Shown: in pieces, positions 54,052-64,000 of the stretch
Numbering within the stretch: the stretch's first letter is position 1
Layout: every line of letters begins with the position of its first letter
NCBI GenBank assembly: GCA_951406725.2
Contig: OX597818.1
Span: forward strand, 130,076,001 to 130,140,000
Length of the DNA: 64,000 bases
Reading direction: 5' to 3'
Source of the DNA: Octopus vulgaris
Lineage: Eukaryota
The notes under the pieces: model-generated
The model's database searches: none
What the model saw: only the letters and a program-made list of their open reading frames with translations
Told to the model about the DNA's origin: nothing
Program-made: the position numbers and the translations under genes

Positions 54052-54109
54052 TACAGTGAAAATTATTTCATTGGTTTCCTATCACCTGAGACTAAAATAT
54101 TAACATTAA

Positions 54110-54328
54110 CCCTTTAGCATTCATATTAATTTGACAAAAATGATCCTTATTTATTCACATATAAAAAATTTATCTGATATTATTTTGTAGCTTCAAGACA
54201 GGAAAGATGTAATTGCTTATTTTAAGAATGACATTGCAGGGTAGGTGTGAGATGCTGGTTCCGGCCAGTTTGAGCATAAAATGTGTAGAATATTCAGTCT
54301 GGATACAGCCGGTTTAAACACTAAAGGG
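54110..54328. mobile_element. piggyBac-like MITE
   Basis: TTAA|CCCTTTAG ... CTAAAGGG|TTAA. Confidence 0.8.
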
Positions 54329-55076
54329 TTAAGCCAAGGAAAACATCTTCCCTAAGTCCCCCTGACCTGCTAATCTATTATATTATCAAATAATTCCCTA
54401 CCTTAGACCTACTGTCACTCTCCTCTCTCACTCTGATGAAATTTCTCACCCTTTCCTTTCCTCCTTATCCATGGTCTACATTCTCCCTTATACTCACCTT
54501 CTTGCACCTGGAGGGCATGCTGTGGCACCACATTACCACCATATTTATCTCCTTTCCTGGTACTCCCTTCCACCCTCACATAATGTGTTAGTTATGTACC
54601 TCTGCTCAAGGCAAATGCACCTTTGACTTAAAATAAAATCCAGTAGCTGTTTGGAGATTCCAACTTCCAAATGATGAATAGCTAGGCTCAATATTCCAAA
54701 TCAATAAAGAAGTTAATGATAAAATATTGAAAGAAGTGATAAAAATCTTGGGTGTATGTAGGGTGGGGGTGCTAGGCTAGCTGATCATCAATGCGACATT
54801 TGATTTAGCGTGATTGAGTCATAGATTTTTTTTTTCTTTTTTAATTTAGAATAGTTTAGATTTGCTTAACATGAACAATATTTGTTATATTGACCTTCAT
54901 TACAAAACTGATAGAAGGCTACTGCTTTATCTATTCTATGTAACTGGAATAAGTTGACAAAAAAATAAAAAAATGGCTTATCTCATGCAGACAAACTAAA
55001 AAAGCAACCCTAAACAAATGAAATACTTATAAAATAAATACAAAGCCTGTTCAACAATATGTGTAAGTGTGAGCAT

Positions 55077-55175
<99 letters not shown>

Positions 55176-55814
55176 AAGTCTGCACCAGAGAAAATGAGAA
55201 CAACAATAACAATGATAAATAGAAACTGCAATTACACCGGATCAATTGTTTAAGGCAATTCAGGATCAAAACAGAAAACAATACCAGGGACATTATCAGA
55301 TAACAAGCAGCTGAAATATTGATGGATCCAGTATATCATTTTTAGTTATCTAATTGTATATTAATTTGCTTTGTTTTTGTCTATTGTTTCCCAACTGCCT
55401 TGTCACAAAGGCATGAGTATAGTCAGTGGTAATACATCTCATTCACACAGGCTTGGAAATTGTATTTATGAAGAAGAGCAATGGAGAGATAAGATGTGAA
55501 CACAGTAGCTGTTCTCTTGTTAACAGGATTATGGAGTCAAGTATGTGCTAGAGATACTATATTTCTTATTAAGCAAAGGACTTATATTATTATTCATAAG
55601 TCTCATCAACAATGTTAACTGTGGAAGAACCATTGTCAGTCACATGAGTTCTAAAGTGAAGTATCAAACTCTGCACCATCAGTTCAGATATCTGAACTTG
55701 CAGATATGTCTGATCCCTGCCAATATGAAAGAATTTGTATTATACATACATACAGACTGAAACAGATGTTGTATCTGGGAGGGTCATTTTGCCAATAAAA
55801 ACACATGCACTGTT

Positions 55815-56219
55815 TTAATCGATCAACATCAATGGAAATTGTAGCTGTGATACCATTGCCGGTGGCACATAAGAGAATCATCCGAATGTGGCCGTTGCCA
55901 GTGCCACCCCGACTGGCTTCCGTGCCGGTGGCACTTAAAAAGCACCATCTGATTGTGACAGTTGCCAGCCTCGCCTGACCTACGTGCCGGTGGCACGTAA
56001 AAAGCACCATCCGATCATGGCCATTTGCCAGCCTCATCTGGCACCTGTGCCGGTGGCACGTAAAAAGCACCCAGTACACTCATGGAGTGGTTGGCGTTAG
56101 GAAGGGCATCCAGCCATAGAAACATTGCTAGATCAGACTGGGCCTGGTGCAGTCTTCTGGCTTCCCAGACCCCAGTTGAACCGTCCAACCCATGCTAGCA
56201 TGGAAAGCGGACGCTAAAC

Positions 56220-56248
<29 letters not shown>
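55815..56248 (+). mobile_element. RTE-related 3' UTR element with tandem GTGCCGGTGGCAC units and (GAT)n tail
   Basis: Homologous to 41260-41690. Confidence 0.85.
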
Positions 56249-56250
<2 letters not shown>

Positions 56251-58632
56251 AACTGATGTACTTGGAATTATCTCGCTTACATGTTTTAGATTTTAAATAG
56301 GTAGAGTGGGTTTTATACTTTAAACAATCCTAAAAAGAGTTTCTATTCAAGGATATGTGTGTGTTTGCGTGTGTGTGTGTGTGTGTGTGTGTGAAAGAGA
56401 GAAATTCTACTGTATATGTGTGTGTTTTTTGGTGTTGAATATTGGTGAATATATTCAGAAAAAAACAACAACAACTGTTCTTTCAAATGAAAGTAGACAT
56501 CACTCCATCACTCTTTACATTAAAGTTGAAAAGTATAATGACCAATGTATAAGTGTTTGGTATCTATCTACTTATACATATCGTCCATTTATTAGTGAAA
56601 GCGTTATCTAATGTTACTTAGAATGATCGATTTGGAAATTAGGGAAAGCATGTAACTCACTCATTGCACCCAGAAACTGAAATAATGCAGTTATTGAAAA
56701 AGAGATGAAAATTAGAATACTGGTGTATATAAATATAGCATCAGCTCTTCAACAATTTCTGACATTATGAAACAAAGAAGTAAATGTAATATATGGCTTA
56801 TTCAGAGGTAAGTAAAGGACCTGGTGTGTGGTAGACATTTGAAATAAAAACTAAATTAGAAAATTCTAGAAGTAGATGCCATGCTGTTTTTAAAGTGGTT
56901 TAGTGCACAGTGATTCAGGCATAAACTAATTGCAAGGTCAATTGTCACTGAAAATACCAAGCAACTATATAGTTTCATGGAGACTTGTTTGTATATAGTT
57001 AGGGGTTTAGAATCTCTAAAATATGTCATGGAATTTGTAAAATTAACTTCTCTGGTTAAAAAAGAAGAAAAAAGAAGAAATTCCAGCCAGTTCTGAGGAT
57101 GTTTAAAAAATATAGTTATGTATTTGATGACCTGGCTAAAAACAGTTTTTGATGATTTTTATGATTGAGTTTTAATACACTTGCACTATCCATGTCCCAA
57201 GCATGCTAGGTTAGCAGAAATGTATTGTAAATATAACAAATTATCTTCAAGAAGAATTGAAATCAGTTCTCATACTTAATTCATTATAAGAATCTTTCCT
57301 AATATATTGTGCTTGCCAAAATGTTTATAAGCAAATGAGATTCAAATTTTAAAACATTATTAGCTGCTGCCGGTATAAAGATCAAATGTAAGAAATAAAG
57401 AATTCACTTTCTTACAACAAACTCTCAGAAGTAATAACAGCTCTTGTATAAGACTTTAAGAAAATTAAGCTGTTTAATTTAATTCCTCTTTAAAGATCAT
57501 GAAATCTATCTAAAACAAAATTCTTACCAGTAAATTATCTGTTCGTACATGTCAGCGAAAGTAAAAATTAGTCCTCGTCAAATATTTTAGAAGATCAGAT
57601 AAAGGAAAGTGAATAATTATGGTCCTTCTTTGGATATTGTGAGATCAAGCATGCTCCACAAAAATAAATTTTATTTATAAATGAATCTATTACATTTACA
57701 GGGCATCATTAATTCTTTCTAAGATCCTATAAAATCAATTACAAAGTGAAAGTGAAGGAATAAAAATTTTAAAAAAATATATATTTCTTTGCCAAAATGA
57801 AAGTAAACTGAAGATAGAAAAAATCATAAAAGAGAGATAGAAAAGGAAAGGAAATTATATTTTGTATGTTTCTTTAATTCTTTAGATCAAACAGATGAAA
57901 CCGAAGTAAAATTTACTTTTTCTTTGTATCCCACATCTTGTTTGCCTTATTTAAACACTACAGATTTTTTCCATGTAAGCTGTAAAATACTTTGAGAATT
58001 CCATTTTTATTTGTCCTATTTTCTATTTGTTGATGCTGCAGCTACTTCTTTTATTTCTGTTTTTTTCAAACAAATCACAAGATTAGATATAAATAAATAA
58101 AATAAATGCAGTCATGATGTTTTTACAGGAAATAAATGCAACTTAAAGATCAAGTAATAGTCTATTTCAACAACTCAGTTCTAAGAATGGATTTCAGAAA
58201 TACATAAACATTTTGCATCTTATGACTATATGGTGTTGCATTAAAATATATTATACAACTTGAATTTCTTTTTGATATAATCAAAATGGTTCAATGAAAG
58301 AAGTTTTGCCATGAAATGTTACTAAACCAAAGCGCTCTTTGCACATTTTTTGGCATGATTCAAATTTAAGTAACTTTAATTTCAGCAGTGAGAGTAGTCA
58401 AAAGTTTTTAACACAACTTGAAATCATACTGTCACTAACAATGATTGTTTATATTCTGTTTGAAAGAGAGTATGGTAAATTGGACTGACTTAGTATATTA
58501 CTAGAACATATTTTACTTTTACACAATTAGAGATAATCAATAACTAAAGTCTACTTCAATGGAATTTGAATTTGGAAATAAGTGTGAGGATGAAAATAAC
58601 ATTGAATTGCATTTGGTCTGCAATTCTATTCT

Positions 58633-58865
58633 TATTTCTTTACTGCCCGCAAGGGGCTACACACAGAGGAGATAAACAAGGACAGACAAACAGATTAAGT
58701 CGATTATATCGATCCCAGTGTGTAACTGGTGCTTATTTAATCGACCCCGAAAGGATGAAAGGCAAAGTCGACCTCGGTGGAATTTGAACTCAGAACGCAG
58801 CAGCAGACGAAATACCACAAAGCATTTTGCCTGGCGTGCTAACGTTTCTGCCAGCTTGCCGCCTT
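58633..58865 (-). mobile_element. SINE family B (Meta-domain-like)
   Basis: Full-length; flanked by AATTCTATTCT on both sides (probable TSD). Confidence 0.9.
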
Positions 58866-59792
58866 CCAAATTCTATTCTCGGGGATATTTTACCACCCCT
58901 TGCAAATGAATGTTTCTGATTAAGTCACATGACCAGCAATCACGAGGGAAGGAGGGTTAGTTGATATGTTAGACCCCAATACTTGATGGTATTTTATTTT
59001 AGAAATCCCAAAAGGATGAAAGGTGAAGCTGAGCTCAAGCCAGAATAAATACTGCAAGGTATTTTGTCCAATGCTCAAATCATGCTACCATTCCACTGCT
59101 AAAAATAACAGTTGTGAAAATTTTCTGTCAGATTCCTTGTCCATACAATTCAGATACAATGAAGTTGGCAAGATAATAATGGTTTTGAATTTTGGCACAA
59201 GGTCAACAATTTTGAGGGAAGGATTAAATTGAATTCATCAGCCTCAGAGCACAACTGGTACTTATTTCAATAATCCTGAAAGGATGAAAAGCAAAGATGA
59301 CTTCAGCAGAATTTGAAAGCAATACATAAAGATAAATGAAATGCCACTTAGCATCATGCCCTGCATGCGAGAGATTCTTACCTTAATTGGCAAGACAATA
59401 TTGACAGGAATAAATAAAGATGATAATGTTTATCATTTTGTAATGCAGGGAATTTCTGTTGGCAGAAACATTAATCAGTAAGATGAATTTTTTTTATTAT
59501 CACTCATCTGTCAACATTCTTGCATCACACTTGATTGATAAAATGAATGTAAATCATTAACTGGAATCAATAATATGAATTGTATTTCTTTCCTTCCAAT
59601 TTTTGCCCTTGAGACTACATAAAATAAAAAAAGTCAATAATTATTCCCCAGGATTTAAATTAAATGATATGTAATTCAAAGAGTATATATTTAATTAAAT
59701 CTAGTGGTGTCTAATATAAAAATCATACACAGAGAAAAGGGAATATAAACATCTGCTAGCTCAAAAAGAAAATCACTTCTACACAACATATA

Positions 59793-59843
<51 letters not shown>

Positions 59844-59906
59844 CTGTGCATGTACTGCTGACATCATTGTTCAAAAAAAGATTATGTATGTGTGTGAGTC
59901 TATGTT

Positions 59907-59949
<43 letters not shown>

Positions 59950-60696
59950 TCATACATATATATCTGTGTGCATACTGATGACATCACCGTTCCAAAAAGG
60001 ATATATATATAAATATATATATATATTATACTATATGATCACCATCATATTTCATGCATATCTATATTGATATATAAGATTTTAATTAATCATTTGAAAA
60101 GGTGTTCCAAATAATTTGTTTAAAAAAATAAGTGGATTCTGGTACAAAGTTTGATTCCACAAATTAGGGAAAAAGACAAATAGAAGAGTAAGAAAATTTC
60201 TCACAGAGGAATATACTGTACATGAAACAAATAAGCTTAATTTATAAAATTATATGGTCTTGAAGTAAATTTAGAATCAAATGAAAAAACGCAATAGAAA
60301 ACCAGTTCACTGTCTTTCCAATGACAAAACGTGTTATGGAACATTGTTAGTTGTTGCTTAGTTCAGCATCAAACCTGACTGAGAAGAACTATGATCAAGA
60401 ATGCAATCATTTATACAAGACTGATTATTCCATTCAGGGCCATCATTCTGTTTTGGAGATGTCTAGAACTACATCATTCAATGGATCCTTTACATTTTTT
60501 AAAGATGCTTTTGATTTGAGGGAAATTTAGCTGGCTGCTATTTCTAGTAAATCAAAACCAAATGCCTCATACATGAAGTTACCACTATGAAAATATTATA
60601 TGAATACACATGATTACCTTTATGAATACACATACACACTCCTAATAATTTATGTATTGTTCCCAATCATTATATCAAGTTTCGATTAGGGAGTAA

Positions 60697-60948
60697 ATAT
60701 TTAAGAAAACGTGGAAGTGGATTGGTAGCACAATTAGAAAAGAAACACCAAATGTAGCAAAAAGTGCTTTACAGTGGAAAGCGGATGGATATAGAAAGAG
60801 AGGTAGGCCTAAGAACTCATGGCGTAGATCAACACAAAAGGAACTAGAGAAAGGGGGACATTCATGGCAGAGTATAAGTACAGAAGCTAAAAATTATGTG
60901 ACATGGAATTCAACTATAAGTGGCCTATACTCCGCATCGGAGAGCTAA
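60697..60948 (+). pseudogene. RTE LINE ORF C-terminal fragment (third RTE lineage)
   Basis: WKWIGSTIRK..ALQWKADGYRKRGRPKNSWRRS..W..GLYS. Confidence 0.8.
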
Positions 60949-61122
60949 AGGCAGGAACAAATATGGGAAACAGAATTCATTATCATTATGAATAAAATTT
61001 TTCTGAAAAACAGACAGGATGGTCACAGATGAAACGACATTGATTATAAGTTTACTCAATCTGAGTTACCCTAAGAGCTAAATGACAACACAATCAACAA
61101 TATAAAATGTTTGCTGAATAAG

Positions 61123-61284
61123 TGTGCAGGCGTGGCTATGTGGTACGAAGCTTGCTTCCCAACCACATGGTTCCAGGTTCAGTCCCACTGTGTGGCACTT
61201 TGGGCAAGTGTCTTCTACTATAGCCCTGGGCCAACCAAAGCCTTGTGAGTGGATTTGGTAGAAGGAAACTGAAAGAAGGCTGTC

Positions 61285-61323
<39 letters not shown>

Positions 61324-61558
61324 CGTGCGCGTATGTATGTGTCTTTGTGCCTGTGTTTGTGTGGCTCTACCATTGCTTGACAGCTGATATTGGTGTGTTT
61401 ATGTCCACCATAACTTAGCAAAAGAGACTGATAGAATAAGCACTAAGCTTACGAAGAATAAGTCCTGGAGTTGATTTCTTCAACTAAAGCACCATTTAAG
61501 GCAGTGCTCCAGCATGGCCGCAGTCAAATGACTGAAACAAGTAAAAACGTAAAAGAAA
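61123..61558 (+). mobile_element. SINE family A
   Basis: Head to tail. Confidence 0.88.
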
Positions 61559-62567
61559 ATGAGCAAGCTAAGTCACCATATATACCTTATCGTATGAGCT
61601 AATTTCTATGTGTTTTTCTTTAAAAAATATCCAATTTGGGACAACAAAGTACTGAACCATTAATCTTTCTAATATAATGATGATACAGATAATTGGAGAT
61701 TATGTCCCAGATTTAAAGATGATAAACAGGGTAACATAGCAGGGAATATTGTATTCAGAAAGCTGATGACAAGAGGAGAGTCCCACCACTAAAATGTAAC
61801 ATACAGTAAATAGGGAAAAAGTGCTAAACAGTGCTATTGTCATATGCAGAATATGATCTTATATATATATATATATATACGTGTGTGTGGGTGGGTGTGT
61901 ATATGTTTTTTCTCTCTCTCTCTCTCTCATTCATATACACACACACACATATATATATATACACAAACATACATACATACATACATACATTTCTCCATTT
62001 TCTTATCTTATATTAGTAATTTGTGGTAAATCATTTTACCTTTGCCCATATAATACAGTAAATGAATTGATTGCATCGCAATCATTAACATTTATGTATT
62101 AACTTTGTTGGGTACTTCACTAGCAGTATATTGGATATATGTTATCCCATGGAGGGTTGCATTTACAACCCCTATCTCAATTTGTATATATATATATATA
62201 TATACGTATACCTATATATATGTTTTGCAAACAACTTGCAGATGCAAGTACTACCTGCTGAGAATGCCACATACTAGAAGCCAGCAAGTGTATGGGGTCA
62301 TCAGGTGAGAATGCATGCTGTGTTGGGGCCTAACGATAACAACAGTCATCTCACACATACATATATATGTATATACACATACATACATATCCACACACAC
62401 ACACATTCATACATACATACATATACATATACACACACATACTCACACACACATATATACACACACATTCATACATGCATATGCATACATGCATATACAT
62501 ACACACACTCACAGGTGCAGTCATAAGCTTACAGAAATATATACATAGAATTATATATCCACATGCA

Positions 62568-62812
62568 TATACTTCAACAAACACCCCAAAAGAATTGTGC
62601 ATAAATGTATACATGTGTATACATACATACATACATTCACACATACATACATGCAAGGGAAAAGTCAAAAAGGAGAAAAAATATATCTGTATACTTCAAC
62701 ATACACCCAAAAAGAATTGTGCATAAATGCATACACTTGTCTACATACAAATATATATATATGTATATACGCATGTAAGTGAAAAGTTAAAAAGGGAGAA
62801 AAAAATATATCT
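62568..62812. repeat. two-copy ~123 bp tandem duplication
   Basis: ATACTTCAACA..CCAAAAGAATTGTGCATAAATG occurs twice. Confidence 0.8.
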
Positions 62813-63116
62813 ATTTCTCTGTCTAATGATAACAATTTACATAGTCATTATCGAAGGTATACATGTCATTCAATAATGGTGAATGTTTTTGCATTCTTCC
62901 TCACTGGAATTGATTTGCAAATATAGATAAAACAATAATAAAATAATAATACAAATGATGATGACGATAATAATAATAATAATAATAACAACAACAACAG
63001 CAACAACAACAACAACAACAACAATAATAATAATAATAATAATACAAATGATAATGATAGTAAAATAATAACACAAATGAGGAGAATACTACTACTACTA
63101 ATATATAATAATGATG

Positions 63117-63156
<40 letters not shown>

Positions 63157-63816
63157 TAATAATAATAACAACAACAGTTACATGAGCAATAACAAGAGCA
63201 ATAATTTGAAGTAGAACAAACAGCACATTTCAACAAAACTGTCTAAATCTTAAGCTAGCATGTTTTGGTAAACATCTCAGCCAGTTAACAACAAGATTAA
63301 TTCCATGTTTGTTTATATTTAACACAGTCACAGTTAATCTCACTTTCCCCATTTCTTTCATTCTTTCTTTCTTTCTTTCTTTGCACACACATCGTATCCA
63401 TTAGATGCCATTTGTGCTCAAAGAAAAACTTGGCAAATATAAAATCAAGGTGTAACAATATAAAGAATTTAAAAGAAATAGGTATGTGCAGATGTATATG
63501 TCCTCAGGCAGGCAGACAGACAGACACACATATGCACACACACACACACATATTTCTTTGGTATTTGTTCTATTTTATTTTTTCTCCCTTTGCAGAATTC
63601 AAACCAGTCACTAGCAAAGTGGCAAAGCTTCTCTGTATAAGTCAAGACAACTCGTACAGGTTTTGGTGACCTGCATTGATCGATGTAAGTATGCATGTTG
63701 TGCATGTGTGGATAAACTGCACTTATGGGAGTGTATGACATGACAGAACGTGTACATGCTTCATTTATGCTTATGTAAATGAGTGTGTGTCAAAATGTAT
63801 TCCATATGTATACGTG

Positions 63817-64000
63817 AAGGCGCGTGGCTCAGTGGTTAGAGCATTGAGCTTACGATCGTGAGGTTGTGAGCTTGAATCCCGGACCGGGCTGCGTTTTGTG
63901 TTCTTGAGCAAGACACTTTATTTCATGTTGCTCCAGTGTGCATGGGCGACTGCTGGTCTTCCATAAAACAACCTTGCCCAGACTTGTGCCTCAGAGGGTA
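63817..64000 (+). mobile_element. tRNA-derived SINE head (another family), runs off the window
   Basis: GGCGCGTGGCTCAGTGGTTAGAGC..TTGAATCCC..CTTGAGCAAGACACTT. Confidence 0.8.

Noticed and set aside
54433-54450. isolated CTGATGA (also at 40444, 42273, 59975, 61762)
   Set aside because: No matching stem II / GAAAC / GUH; expected by chance.

Overview
AT-rich, microsatellite- and retroposon-saturated animal non-coding DNA, most likely a coleoid cephalopod (Octopus-like; inferred from the SINE families and repeat density). No intact protein-coding gene is present, and nearly all listed ORFs are microsatellite or SINE artefacts. The window holds many tRNA-derived SINEs (3 main families), RTE LINE fragments, a DD37D (maT) Tc1/mariner with a nested LINE, hAT- and piggyBac-type MITEs, a probable Helitron end, and a decayed Penelope-like element (PLE) GIY-YIG remnant. 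The most interesting signal is more than a dozen hammerhead-ribozyme (HHR)-like motifs (CUGANGA..GAAAC-palindrome-GUH) on both strands. They sit in short non-coding modules, often inside or next to (TA)n tracts, and several are folded back into long palindromes. One is physically linked to the PLE endonuclease remnant, and one family carries a recurrent CUGUNGA core variant. Several strong + strand splice acceptors followed by short ORFs may be alternative last exons of an unidentified host gene. All coordinates were read by eye; element ends are approximate unless a TSD or TIR is quoted.
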